Origin: Shigella phage SP18
DNA length: 64,000 nucleotides
Sequence record: GQ981382
Strand: one strand, 5' to 3'
A program made the position numbers and the translations under genes. The notes under the pieces are model-generated. The model saw nothing but the letters and a program-made list of their open reading frames with translations, had not been told where the DNA came from and searched no databases. Position 1 is the stretch's first letter; each line of letters starts with the position of its first letter. Positions 51,226 through 61,820 of this stretch are shown here, in pieces.

Positions 51226-51237
51226 TATTTATAAATA
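51226..51237. promoter_or_regulatory. palindromic bidirectional late promoter between divergent genes 26 and 51
   Basis: TATTTATAAATA contains TATAAATA on both strands. Confidence 0.65.
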
Positions 51238-51261
51238 TCAATAAAGATAAAAGGGGATTCT

Positions 51262-52014
51262 ATGGCCAATATCGTAAGATGCGAAATGCCAGACGGAGTT
51301 CATCGTTTCAAACCGTTTACAGTCGCTGATTACCGTGATTTACTGCTTGTGCGAAACGACATGAACAACAAACCCGTCGAAGAACAAAAACAATTATTAG
51401 ACGAACTGTTGGAAGATTATTTTGGAGAGTATCCGAAAGCATGGAGGCCATACATATTCTTGAAGGTATTCACTTCCTCTATCGGTAAGACAAAAGTCCC
51501 GGTAGCGTTCGAATGTCAAAAATGTAAAAAGACAAAGCAGACTTTGTTTAATATGAGTCAAGGGCCATTGATAAATCCAACAATGGAAACTGCGGGGATA
51601 AAAATACAATTTAAGTTCCCCGAAGTGGAATATAAAGATAAGTCGGAGCTTGTTCTAAACACCATCCAGACTGTCGAAGACTCAGAACAAAAGTACAATT
51701 GGGAAGACCTTCCTGAAGAAACGAAGATGCAGGTTATTGATGCAATTGATATAGAGAGTCTCGAAGAGCTCCTTAAGAAAATGCATTCAGTTTATATTCC
51801 ATTTACATATGGTTGCTGCGAAAAACACAAAACCGAATATACAGACTTGATTGATGTCTTTAAGCTTATCCTTAACCCGGATGAAGTCTTTGTATTTTAT
51901 CAAATTAACCACTTGCTGGTAAAGAACCAATATACGCTCGATAGCATCATGCACATGATTCCCATCGAACGAGGTATTGCTTTATCGTTAGTTGAGAAGG
52001 ACTTGAAGAAATGA
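51262..52014 (+). CDS. 51: gp51 baseplate hub assembly catalyst
   Basis: 250 aa, divergent from gene 26 with shared palindromic late promoter. Confidence 0.75.
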   Translation: MANIVRCEMPDGVHRFKPFTVADYRDLLLVRNDMNNKPVEEQKQLLDELLEDYFGEYPKAWRPYIFLKVFTSSIGKTKVPVAFECQKCKKTKQTLFNMSQGPLINPTMETAGIKIQFKFPEVEYKDKSELVLNTIQTVEDSEQKYNWEDLPEETKMQVIDAIDIESLEELLKKMHSVYIPFTYGCCEKHKTEYTDLIDVFKLILNPDEVFVFYQINHLLVKNQYTLDSIMHMIPIERGIALSLVEKDLKK

Positions 52015-53180
52015 CAGCTAAATCTATGCAGCGTGAAGGCTTTCCTAATATCAGCATACGCCTTTACGAAGATTATGATGCCTGGCTCGAACACCGTTTT
52101 GTAGAACTGGCTGCAACATTTACAACCATGACCATGCGCGATTCTCTTTACGGAAGAAACGAAGGCCTGTTGCAATTCTACGACACAAAGAACTTGCATA
52201 CAAAAATGAACGGTGAACAAATTATACAAGTCTCCGTTAAGAATGCCAACTCAGACCGAACCCAATCCAGGATATACGGAAGTAAGCACTTTGCTGTTTC
52301 CGTGGATTCAAAGGGTGATAACATAATTACAATTCAGCTGGCACCGATTCATGAAATTGAAGACCTGAAATTTAGTCGTATGTTTTATCCGAGTGTGCAA
52401 GAAACATTGGTCGAAATGACCGGGGTAATTTATCAGGATAGACCTTTGCTTGCTCCTCCGATAAACGGTATAAACGTTTATGCTCCTAATGTTCCGTGGT
52501 GTGATTCGATGAGCCAGTATATGGAATTCATCAGGGAAGTTGGTCTTGCAGTTGAATCTGATAAATTTGTATTTGTATGGCAAGATATTGACGGCATAAG
52601 TATCCAGGATTATGAATGGTTAATCGCGCAAGAGCCGATTAATTTCGTGGTGGGGGAACCCCGATTGGTTGGTCAGTTTGTACAAAACCTCGAGACCCCT
52701 TTGGCCTTCGATTTCGAATGGTTAACAAAGGCGAACCAACATACAAGAAAACCATACGAAAACGCAACCGTGTATGCGCATTCATTCCTTGATAAGAACG
52801 CAACCAGAATAACTTTTGGGGAAGGACAAAACAGCATTCTGGTATCTCGTTCTGGCGGCTATTCGGATTATACATATCGAAATGGTTTCGAGGAAGCACA
52901 ACGATTAATAACCATGTCACAATATGACGGTTACGCGCATTGCAAAACATACGGGAACTTTGAATTAACTCCGGGCGATAAGATAAATTTCTATGACCCG
53001 AAGAACCAATTCAAATATGATTTTTACGTAGACGAAGTTATTCATGAAGTGAGTAACAATACATCAATTACAAACCTCTATATGTTTACCAATGGTAAGC
53101 CTATCGAAGTTGAAGAACCACCGAAGGTTAAAAATGAACTTAAAACTGATTCTGCCGACGAAGAAAATACAGCTGGGTGA
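52011..53180 (+). CDS. 27: gp27 baseplate hub subunit
   Basis: 389 aa (T4 391). Confidence 0.85.
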   Translation: MTAKSMQREGFPNISIRLYEDYDAWLEHRFVELAATFTTMTMRDSLYGRNEGLLQFYDTKNLHTKMNGEQIIQVSVKNANSDRTQSRIYGSKHFAVSVDSKGDNIITIQLAPIHEIEDLKFSRMFYPSVQETLVEMTGVIYQDRPLLAPPINGINVYAPNVPWCDSMSQYMEFIREVGLAVESDKFVFVWQDIDGISIQDYEWLIAQEPINFVVGEPRLVGQFVQNLETPLAFDFEWLTKANQHTRKPYENATVYAHSFLDKNATRITFGEGQNSILVSRSGGYSDYTYRNGFEEAQRLITMSQYDGYAHCKTYGNFELTPGDKINFYDPKNQFKYDFYVDEVIHEVSNNTSITNLYMFTNGKPIEVEEPPKVKNELKTDSADEENTAG

Positions 53181-53652
53181 TAAAGAGATTCACGTTCCCA
53201 AGCTTGGACTCAAGCATCACAATCTGATTAAAAACGAACCTAATCCTTATGTTGCATTAAGAAAGATTATGCAATCGATATTCCCTAATCTTACAGCAGC
53301 CGAATCCGACTTTGTATCTTTACATCTTCTGGAATTCAATGGTAAGCTAAAAGACAAACGCGAGATTAATGGATTTACATATAAGCTGGATGATGTTTAT
53401 ATCTGTCAGCGCCTTGAATTCTCTTATCAAGGAAAGACATTTAAATTCCGCTCCAATAAACCGTATGAAGAATTCGGACCAGTTGACAATCTCCTGGAGA
53501 CCCTTTATCTCGGGGAAGATGTTCCAGACTTTCTGGATATGCCTGCTTTTGTTGCTAAGTGGGCAGACGATATCACAAGCACATTAGCAATCCCGGGCCC
53601 GAATGGTCCTGTTAAGGGGTTACTGAAAATAATGGAACTCCTAAATGAATAA
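53134..53652 (+). CDS. 28: gp28 baseplate hub distal subunit
   Basis: ATG at 53134 with GAAGG RBS, overlapping gp27 3' end; 172 aa. Confidence 0.7.
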   Translation: MNLKLILPTKKIQLGDKEIHVPKLGLKHHNLIKNEPNPYVALRKIMQSIFPNLTAAESDFVSLHLLEFNGKLKDKREINGFTYKLDDVYICQRLEFSYQGKTFKFRSNKPYEEFGPVDNLLETLYLGEDVPDFLDMPAFVAKWADDITSTLAIPGPNGPVKGLLKIMELLNE

Positions 53653-55390
53653 GAACTCCGAACAAACGAGCTTCAGACGCGGTGGACCTAATAAAAAGCT
53701 TATCGAAGAATTAGCACCACAAAGGAGGGCGGAAGCCCTCTCTGCTGAACAGAATGATGAATTATCGAATCTGAATACAACTCTTACAAATACTCAGGCT
53801 GCAACCGAACTTGTATCGGAAGCTATTGAGGATAAGGGTAATCAGATTATAGAGAATATCCAAACCAATAATGGAGTCCTCCAGGATATCAGTGCTGGGG
53901 TCGAACTGACGGCCGAAGCCACCGAGAAGACTCAACAAGGGATTAAAAACCTCACGGATATTCTCTCGGATAAGCTCGACAAACTCAGCGCAATGATAAG
54001 TGGTAAACTAGGCGTCACGTCTCCTGTGGCTGGTTCTGAAAGCCTTAAACCTGTGGAGGATGCACTACCAGAGCCTGAAGAGAATAAGCCCACGGCGAGC
54101 GTTCCAACGCTCATACCGCCTGAAGAACAAAAGCCCGACGCTGACTTCATTCCGGAACCAGAACAGCCAAAAACCGATGCAGAAGGCAAAGAGACTAATA
54201 CCTGGTCACTTGGTGATAAGCTTGATACCCTTTCGAAGATAACCGAAAAAGGATTTAAGGCATCGATTTCTGTAGCCGACCGAATCTCCGGAATGTTGTT
54301 CAAATATACAATTACAGCTGCAGCCGAAGCAGCCAAGCTTATTGGTGGATTATTGTTGTTGGTATTCGGTATCGATGCAATACGAGTTTACTTCCAATAT
54401 TTCATGAAGCAATTCGAAAAAGGATGGGCCGAATTTAATGATAAGTTCAAAGAATGGGGCCCACTGCTTGAAGGACTAATGACTTGGGCTAAGAACGCGC
54501 AAGCGATGTTTAGTGAAAAGAATTGGTTGGGATTAGCTGAAGCTATTATCCGTGGGATGGTCAACTTAACGAAGAACATGGCTCAACTTCTTATGCTTGG
54601 TATTTCGAAACTGATTTCAGCTATCTTAAGCAAAATCCCTGGGATGGGCGATTTAGCAGATAATGTGGAAGCCTCAGCTTTGATGTCTTATCAGCAAAAT
54701 ACAGGGGCAACTCTGGATGATGAAGACCAAACCAAGATAGCAAAATATCATGACAAACGTTCGGCTGAAGCAATGGAAGCTACAGAGAAGATGAATAAGA
54801 AGTATAAGGATAAACCTGAACTAATTAATCAAGCCGAAAAATATGGTAACCTTACCAAGGAACAAGCCGACCAGCTTCGCGCGGGTGGTATTGACACAAG
54901 CTTCAGAGACCTTCCGGAAGAAGAACGTCTGGACTATTTCAAGAAGCGTGACAAAGCACAGGCTGATATTATTCGTTTGACCCAAACTGCTGACAACCTA
55001 ATGAAGCCAGACGCAACCGATAAAAAGAATGCGATGGAAATGAGAGCTAACATTGAAAAACAATTAGCTGACCCATCTATGGCAAAAGGTGGAGCTCCGA
55101 AAGACCTGAATATGCGCGCCCTGTTGGAAAAACTTGATAAGTCTCTCGAGAAGTTCAAAGACGAACCGAAAGTTAAACCGCCGGATGTTAAGACTTCTCC
55201 GGATGCACAACAAGCTGCGAAGGTTGACGAAGGCATGAAGGCCAAAGAAAATAAATACAAGGATGCACCAGCTCAGGCACAAATTAACACAGTCAATAAT
55301 ATTCAGAAGACTTCCAGGACGCAATACAATATGCCTCCTCAAAGTTCAACCCCTGCCCCTGGCATGAGACAGGCCACGAGAATTAACTAA
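53645..55390 (+). CDS. 29: gp29 baseplate hub subunit / tail length determinator
   Basis: 581 aa (T4 590), conserved position. Confidence 0.8.
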   Translation: MNKNSEQTSFRRGGPNKKLIEELAPQRRAEALSAEQNDELSNLNTTLTNTQAATELVSEAIEDKGNQIIENIQTNNGVLQDISAGVELTAEATEKTQQGIKNLTDILSDKLDKLSAMISGKLGVTSPVAGSESLKPVEDALPEPEENKPTASVPTLIPPEEQKPDADFIPEPEQPKTDAEGKETNTWSLGDKLDTLSKITEKGFKASISVADRISGMLFKYTITAAAEAAKLIGGLLLLVFGIDAIRVYFQYFMKQFEKGWAEFNDKFKEWGPLLEGLMTWAKNAQAMFSEKNWLGLAEAIIRGMVNLTKNMAQLLMLGISKLISAILSKIPGMGDLADNVEASALMSYQQNTGATLDDEDQTKIAKYHDKRSAEAMEATEKMNKKYKDKPELINQAEKYGNLTKEQADQLRAGGIDTSFRDLPEEERLDYFKKRDKAQADIIRLTQTADNLMKPDATDKKNAMEMRANIEKQLADPSMAKGGAPKDLNMRALLEKLDKSLEKFKDEPKVKPPDVKTSPDAQQAAKVDEGMKAKENKYKDAPAQAQINTVNNIQKTSRTQYNMPPQSSTPAPGMRQATRIN

Positions 55391-55398
55391 GGAATAAC

Positions 55399-56487
55399 AT
55401 GAAAGTAAAAGAACTCGATATTGCGGGTTTATTTAACGGAGGTTCTAAGACCTCCGCTGGGCAGTCAAAAGCTGCCCAGACTCAAGCTACTATTGTGGCG
55501 CAATATCCAGCAGAACGAGCTTCCGGTAATGATTCTTCAGATGATATGCGAGTTAATGACCTTTATAAAAATGGTCTGTTATTCACGGCATACAATTTCA
55601 GTTCAAGAACATCTCCGGAATTACGCTCAGACAGGTCAAGCCAATTGACTTCATTAAAGAAAGTTTCCAATGGCGCTTCATTTAACCCGGTTAAAAGTTT
55701 AACATCTTTTGCTAAATCGAAATTAACCGGCGCTGGCTCAACAGGTAAAAGTTTTGATTCAAACGCTGTTGCAAATATCCTGTTGCCTCGTTCGAAGTCT
55801 GATGTAGAATCCGTATCGCACCGATTCAACGATGTTGGTGAATCTCTTATTACGAAAGGGGGCGGCTCAGCTACAGGTATTCTTAGTAACATCGCATCGA
55901 CTGCAGTTTTCGGCGCACTCGAATCAGTTACAAATGGTGTAATGGCCGACCATGGTGAACAGATTTACACAACCGCGCGAAGCATGTATGCTGGTCCTGA
56001 TAACAGGACAAAAGTTTACACATGGGAAATGACTCCACGTTCGGCCCAGGACTTAATCCAGATAGTGAAGATATACGAGATTTTTAACTATTATTCCTAT
56101 GGAGAAACCGGCAAAAGTTCGTTTGCTTCCGAGCTGAAAGAAAAAATCGATACATGGTATAAATCCACCTTCAAAAAAGAAGCAATCGATAACTTTGACG
56201 GCAAGTTGCTCGGTGAAGAGATAACAAGCTTCCTAACGAACGTTCTGGTGGTCTCTAACCCTACTATCTGGTATATCCGCAACTTCGGCGATACAAGCTC
56301 GTACGATGGTCGTGGGGAGCTATTTGGGCCGTGTCAGATTCAGAGCATACGATTTGACAAATCACCGGATGGTCATTTCGGTGGATTAGCTATTGCTCCT
56401 AACCTACCATCGACTTTTGTGCTTGAAATCACTTTCCGTGAAATCATTACGCTTAACCGTGGCTCGTTATATGCGGAGGGTTTCTAA
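55399..56487 (+). CDS. 48: gp48 baseplate tail tube cap
   Basis: 362 aa (T4 364). Confidence 0.8.
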   Translation: MKVKELDIAGLFNGGSKTSAGQSKAAQTQATIVAQYPAERASGNDSSDDMRVNDLYKNGLLFTAYNFSSRTSPELRSDRSSQLTSLKKVSNGASFNPVKSLTSFAKSKLTGAGSTGKSFDSNAVANILLPRSKSDVESVSHRFNDVGESLITKGGGSATGILSNIASTAVFGALESVTNGVMADHGEQIYTTARSMYAGPDNRTKVYTWEMTPRSAQDLIQIVKIYEIFNYYSYGETGKSSFASELKEKIDTWYKSTFKKEAIDNFDGKLLGEEITSFLTNVLVVSNPTIWYIRNFGDTSSYDGRGELFGPCQIQSIRFDKSPDGHFGGLAIAPNLPSTFVLEITFREIITLNRGSLYAEGF

Positions 56488-57431
56488 TGTTTACTTTACA
56501 AGAATTCCAAACGCAGGCGATTAATATCGACTTACAAAGGAATAACCTTTTTAGTGTGGTCTTCGCGACCGCACCTTCCTCTAAATCTCAGAATCTTCTG
56601 GACCAGTTTGGTGGCGCATTATTCAGCAACCTTCCTGTTAACTCAGATTGGTTCGGATTAACACAAGGTGACTTAACTCAAGGGATAACAACTCTTGTTA
56701 CTGCCGGAACACAAAAGCTTATTCGCAAATCAGGGATAAGCAAATATCTTATTGGGGCAATGAGTAACCGTGTTGTGCAATCATTATTAGGGGAATTTGA
56801 GGTTGGTACTTACCTGCTTGATTTCTTTAATATGGCTTATCCAACGGCTGGTCTATTAGTTCACTCTGTTAAGCTTCCGGATAACACATTGAACTACGAA
56901 ATGGACCTTAACCATAATGCGCCAAATATCAAGATAACAGGGAGAGAATATTCTCCGTTGGTATTGAGCTTTAGAATGGATTCAGAGGCGGGGAACTTCA
57001 GAGCATTTAACGATTGGGTTAACTCTGTACAGGACCCAGTTACCCAGCTAAGGGCTTTGCCTGAAGACGTTGAAGCTGATATTCAGGTTAACCTTCATTC
57101 GCGTAATGGGTTACCACATACGGTTGTTATGTTAACCGGTTGTGTTCCTGTAAGTGTATCAGCGCCTGAATTGAGCTATGAAGGGGATAATCAGATAGCT
57201 ACATTTGATGTAACTTTTGCTTATCGCGTTATGTCAACTGGTGCGGTGGGAAGAGCTGCAGCATTGGAATGGTTGGAAGATAAGGTTATTAAAGGTGTAT
57301 CTGGTATTAGTTCAGATAACAACTTGAACGCAGAAGTTGCCAAATTGAGTCGCTTGTCTGGTGCTCAATCTGGATTAACAAGTCTATACAATACGTTTAC
57401 TGGTTCTGGCGGAAGTCAACGTATATTATAA
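56487..57431 (+). CDS. 54: gp54 baseplate tail tube initiator
   Basis: 314 aa (T4 320); terminator follows. Confidence 0.8.
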   Translation: MFTLQEFQTQAINIDLQRNNLFSVVFATAPSSKSQNLLDQFGGALFSNLPVNSDWFGLTQGDLTQGITTLVTAGTQKLIRKSGISKYLIGAMSNRVVQSLLGEFEVGTYLLDFFNMAYPTAGLLVHSVKLPDNTLNYEMDLNHNAPNIKITGREYSPLVLSFRMDSEAGNFRAFNDWVNSVQDPVTQLRALPEDVEADIQVNLHSRNGLPHTVVMLTGCVPVSVSAPELSYEGDNQIATFDVTFAYRVMSTGAVGRAAALEWLEDKVIKGVSGISSDNNLNAEVAKLSRLSGAQSGLTSLYNTFTGSGGSQRIL

Positions 57432-57438
57432 AAAGAAA

Positions 57439-57459
57439 GGGACCGAAGGTCCCTTTTTA
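57439..57459. terminator. bidirectional terminator GGGACC-GAA-GGTCCC-T5 between gene 54 (+) and minus-strand gene
   Basis: Hairpin plus T-run; A-run upstream. Confidence 0.7.
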
Positions 57460-57746
57460 TTTGCGGAATGAAATGAAACCTGCTGCAGTCATTACAACTT
57501 CTTTCTTAGCAAAGACTGTAATTGCAATTGGTGCTTCAGATTCAAGTTGCCCAGTTACTACACCATTAAAAATATTTTCTGTTTGTTCAGAATTTACAAA
57601 GTTTTCAACAGGGCGAAGGTCAAACTTCTTATCTTCGCCAAACACGCGCCGCAGTTCATTACCCACCGCGCTGTCAAACTCTTCTGAAGCCGGGATAACA
57701 TTCTCAACTACCAGTTCCTGGCCATTAAAGCGAAAAGATGATTTCA
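57457..57746 (-). CDS. hypothetical protein downstream of alt
   Basis: Internal ATG at 57744-57746 with GAGGAAAA RBS; 96 aa. Confidence 0.5.
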
Positions 57747-57811
57747 TTTTGTTTTCCTCATGTGCAATTGATATGAACATTGTATCGCACTTCCTTGTGC
57801 TTGTAAACCCC

Positions 57812-59872
57812 CTACGAAAGGAATTTAGGAGGAATAGCTTCCAAATTAATACAACTAGCAAGAATACCAAGACCTTGATTGACTTTCTTCGTTACCCCAG
57901 AGGATGCAAACGATGCAAAGTCAACAGATTCTACTGGCTCTTCTGTTTCCTCGCCCTGATAAACGACAAGCTCACCAGTTTCCATCAACACATCACCATC
58001 ATAGATAACTGCATTTTCATCCAGTTGGTCAGTGGTCTGGATATCAGCTTCCAGCATTTTGACGTTCGCGTTTCCTTTATACGAAGCATCCGTAATTTTG
58101 GTAATCTTAACTACAGTTCCACGTGGAAGAATAACTTCCTGCTCGGATGGGTTGCCTGACAATTCCCCAGGAACAATTACGTTAATTAAGTCTGCCCCAG
58201 AAATTTTCCAACCGACATGAATCATTGCGTTGTCCGGGTTTGCACCTGGGATATTTGGTAAAACAATTTCGTCATCAGCCTGGAAAGATGTCCCGTCGCG
58301 ATAGTCCTGATGAACTGCGGCCATAGCAACGTTCGCCACCCAGCCACCAAAGATAATTGGTTTAAATGATGTTGATACATAGTTCCTAAAATAGAATAAT
58401 TTCGACTGTTTAATTTTATTAAATGTAGGAACGTTTAAATATTGACCACGCCAAAGAGTTGTATTAGGTGGCAACTTATGTCCAATTTCAAAGGCCGAAT
58501 CCAATTCCTTAATTGTTTCGACAACTCTGTCTAGATTTAGGAATTCGGTGTCTTCTTCATAATAATTACCCATCAAATAATTATTAATATCGACATAGTT
58601 GGCTCCACAATAATCTGCAATTGCTTCACGCTGGCCATAATGGAAACGGTTGTCAGTATACCCTGCTGTGAAATTAAGAGTATTTTCTGATGCTTCTTCT
58701 GCAAAGTCTTTAACTGCAACACGAATGGCGCTTGTGTATTCTTCTTCCCAGAGCGTGGCTGCATAAGTGGCTGCATCCAGGTTAGGAGGAGCATCATTCA
58801 TTTTTCTTTCGATAAATGCGGCTTTGCGAAGGTTAAGAATCTCTGCACATGATTCGGCAAAAATCTGCATCTGCTTCATACTACCAACTGGAGCACGTTT
58901 AAGTTCGCGATGCATACGGTTAAAAATTGGGTCAGAGTCTTCAACACGAATTTCTTCTTTCCAAACACCATTTGCACGCATAGCCGTATCTGCTGCGCGC
59001 ATACGAGCCATAGTATTCGTTTCGGAAGGTCGAACAAAAATTTCCAGTTCTTCGTAATCATCGATAAGTTCTGCCGTAGCCGGTCGACTAAACTTAGCAG
59101 CTTCTGCATCAATTTCGTCCCAACCTTCTGGCACGGAATCACTTGGAGCGTACTGGGCTTGTGCAATAGCTCGGCGACTGATTTTAGTTTTCTGGGCAAC
59201 AGCAGCATCGGTCTTTTTGTTTGCTGCATCAATCAGAACTTCGGCTGCGATTTCTTGTTTGGAGACTTGTGCGCCTGTATCTTTATTAGTGAATACATCG
59301 CCGACTTTAGTTTCAACTTTTTGATATTTCTCAGGGACCGGTGGCATACCATCAACCGAAAGCAGGTCAACACCCTTTTTGTACATAATTACATAAGCGT
59401 TCTTTTTACCGAGGCCGGAAGCATTCGGAAGAACATGATAACGCCCGCTGGTTTTCATTTGAATCAGTCGATTCATAATACGAATAACAGCTTGGTCTTG
59501 CCCTTTCATCTTTTTGGATGGGAAACGGAACAAGACTACATCAGGTTTGCCTAGTTTAATGCTTTCCCAGACTGTAACAAAAATCAGGTTAATCGCATCA
59601 AGAGGTTTTTCACCTAGACCACCCTTCAGAGGAACAGCATGGCCATGTGAAGTCCCGGATAACAGGAATACCTCGGCAATTGCATCGCCACGTTTATATT
59701 GTTTAACTGTTTCTTTGCCCGTGAATTGCATCAAACGGGCCATAAGAGAATTGGTCCCAGGAACACCGAATTGCCAAACCTGCGGGACCTTGTATTTTGG
59801 ATTCATATTAATGACAGGATAACCGAAGGCTTCGATATATTTGTCAAAGAGTTCATTTAATTGTTCAGACAT
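57812..59872 (-). CDS. alt: Alt-like ADP-ribosyltransferase (virion-packaged), copy 1
   Basis: 686 aa (T4 Alt 682); S-T-S and E-x-E motifs near C-terminus (YVSTSF, SEQEVILPRG). Confidence 0.8.
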   Translation of the reverse strand: MSEQLNELFDKYIEAFGYPVINMNPKYKVPQVWQFGVPGTNSLMARLMQFTGKETVKQYKRGDAIAEVFLLSGTSHGHAVPLKGGLGEKPLDAINLIFVTVWESIKLGKPDVVLFRFPSKKMKGQDQAVIRIMNRLIQMKTSGRYHVLPNASGLGKKNAYVIMYKKGVDLLSVDGMPPVPEKYQKVETKVGDVFTNKDTGAQVSKQEIAAEVLIDAANKKTDAAVAQKTKISRRAIAQAQYAPSDSVPEGWDEIDAEAAKFSRPATAELIDDYEELEIFVRPSETNTMARMRAADTAMRANGVWKEEIRVEDSDPIFNRMHRELKRAPVGSMKQMQIFAESCAEILNLRKAAFIERKMNDAPPNLDAATYAATLWEEEYTSAIRVAVKDFAEEASENTLNFTAGYTDNRFHYGQREAIADYCGANYVDINNYLMGNYYEEDTEFLNLDRVVETIKELDSAFEIGHKLPPNTTLWRGQYLNVPTFNKIKQSKLFYFRNYVSTSFKPIIFGGWVANVAMAAVHQDYRDGTSFQADDEIVLPNIPGANPDNAMIHVGWKISGADLINVIVPGELSGNPSEQEVILPRGTVVKITKITDASYKGNANVKMLEADIQTTDQLDENAVIYDGDVLMETGELVVYQGEETEEPVESVDFASFASSGVTKKVNQGLGILASCINLEAIPPKFLS

Positions 59873-59881
59873 TTTTAACCC

Positions 59882-61756
59882 TTAATTGAGAAGGTGTACA
59901 AGTTTTTCCATAGACAAATCATAAGAGATTCTGTCATATTTTTTCAAAAGCGAATTTGATTCGTCTATCTGGTCATTTTCTAAGATAGAGCATTCAACGA
60001 GAATGTATTTACCCATCGAACCCATCATGCCAGCTGTAGCACCATAGACTTTATCAATCTTAAGCATTGTTCCACGTGGAAGAATAACTTCGGTTTCAAC
60101 GGACCAGTTTGCCAGGTCACCAGGAATAACTACCTTGATATTTTCTGCACCTTTGATAATCATACCAATCTTGATTGTAGGTTTCGCCGAACCAGTTGCA
60201 CTTTTAATAGTTGCATCGATTGCCCCATCATCGATATCACTCGATAATGCATTTGGGTCAAGGTTCGCAGCGGTGTGGCCCATACGACCGAAAATATTTG
60301 GCGCCAGAGATGTACTCGCAAACATAGGAAGATACATCGTTTTATTTTTTATGGAATTAATTGCCATATCGGTTGGCATGACTTGAGCACGGTAGATGAT
60401 AGTTCCTTTTGGAAGCTTAACACCGTTTTCAAATACTTTATCCATATCGGAAATCATTTTGATTTCGCTTTCTTTTGCGTCAGCTTTCCCTAGCAGGAAA
60501 TTATTGATTGCAGTATATTTTCCGCGAGTATACGCCTTAATTGCTTCGGCCTGGTCTTCAGTTATTTCAGGGTTGTCGGAGATATGAAATAATGGTTGGA
60601 TGGCCTTGGTGTAAATTTCATCTGCGATAATACGAATAGCTTCTTTAGTCTTATCTTCGCGCGCCCAGGTCCCCACAATGGAGTCGTCAAGCAACATATC
60701 AGCAACTCTACGCAATGTATCAACAGGATTCTTTGAGGCCCGCAGGACGTTCGAAAACTCACTTATTTTGTGTTCCATGTCAACTTCTTTAAGAGCATTA
60801 AACACATCCATGGCTACACGAGTTTTTGTCTTATCTTCACCAACACCACCTTGTGCAACTAAATCAAAATAGTCTGCATACTCATCACCCGCACGGTCGA
60901 TTACTTTTATTGAAGCTTTAGCTATCTGACTTTCTCTGGCATCATCTGCTGAATGCACTGCGCTACTGGTCGAGAGTTTTGTATAAATCTCTTTGTGCTC
61001 TGGTGAGAATTTAGCAAGGCCAGTTGGTTCGTTCCCCGAATACAATGCGTTAATAGCTGCGCGTTTAGAAAACTTGGTTTTAACAACAACTGCCTGGTCT
61101 GTACGTTTTTCTTCAACCTTTGCAATAGAGGCCGCAATAGCTTCATTCTTGGTAACAGTTTCGCCGGTGGCTTTGTCTACATAAACATCACCGACTTTCG
61201 ATTCCACTTTTGTGTACAATTCGGTATTGATGCCAGGAATTCCGGCGATAGATTCAATTGGTTTGGATTTACGATAAATCAATACGTAAGTATGTTTACC
61301 CGTGTACTGATACATATCATCCAGAACTTTGAACTGACCGCCGGCACGGGCCATAATAAGCCGAGCAAGAACACGCTGAATAGTTCGTTCTTGTCCCTTC
61401 ATTTTGCGGGTCGGGAAGCGGAACATAATTGCATCCATTTTCATCAGTTTTACTTGTTCGTAAACTACATCAAAAATGGATTTAATTGCTCCAATCGGGT
61501 TATCACCAAGACCACCTTTAAGAATAGCTGGAGTACCGTTTGAATTTAATGACATCAAAATAACGTGTGCATACTTATCGCCAGTTTTGACCTGTTTAAT
61601 AGCATCGCCTTCGGATGCGTAAGACACCATACGAGCAATAAGATTATCATTCCCCGGGACCTGGATATTCCAAATCTGTGGAACTTTTGACTTTGAAAGG
61701 TTAATGGCCGGGATATTAGATTCCCCTTCAAAAACCTCTGACAATAATTCGGTCAT
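59882..61756 (-). CDS. Alt-like ADP-ribosyltransferase, copy 2 (tandem paralog)
   Basis: 624 aa; N- and C-termini alignable with copy 1 (FASTSL, VETEVILPRG). Confidence 0.75.
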   Translation of the reverse strand: MTELLSEVFEGESNIPAINLSKSKVPQIWNIQVPGNDNLIARMVSYASEGDAIKQVKTGDKYAHVILMSLNSNGTPAILKGGLGDNPIGAIKSIFDVVYEQVKLMKMDAIMFRFPTRKMKGQERTIQRVLARLIMARAGGQFKVLDDMYQYTGKHTYVLIYRKSKPIESIAGIPGINTELYTKVESKVGDVYVDKATGETVTKNEAIAASIAKVEEKRTDQAVVVKTKFSKRAAINALYSGNEPTGLAKFSPEHKEIYTKLSTSSAVHSADDARESQIAKASIKVIDRAGDEYADYFDLVAQGGVGEDKTKTRVAMDVFNALKEVDMEHKISEFSNVLRASKNPVDTLRRVADMLLDDSIVGTWAREDKTKEAIRIIADEIYTKAIQPLFHISDNPEITEDQAEAIKAYTRGKYTAINNFLLGKADAKESEIKMISDMDKVFENGVKLPKGTIIYRAQVMPTDMAINSIKNKTMYLPMFASTSLAPNIFGRMGHTAANLDPNALSSDIDDGAIDATIKSATGSAKPTIKIGMIIKGAENIKVVIPGDLANWSVETEVILPRGTMLKIDKVYGATAGMMGSMGKYILVECSILENDQIDESNSLLKKYDRISYDLSMEKLVHLLN

Positions 61757-61796
61757 ATTGTTTTCCTTATAAAATATGATGTATTTATACGAAAAA

Positions 61797-61820
61797 GGGC
61801 CGAAGCCCTTTTGTTATTTT
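61797..61820 (-). terminator. terminator GGGC-CGAA-GCCC downstream of DNA ligase (minus strand)
   Basis: Hairpin with A-run on plus upstream side (U-run on minus). Confidence 0.6.

Noticed and set aside
58910-59554. 214-aa plus-strand ORF inside alt
   Set aside because: Antisense to the Alt coding sequence; no independent support.
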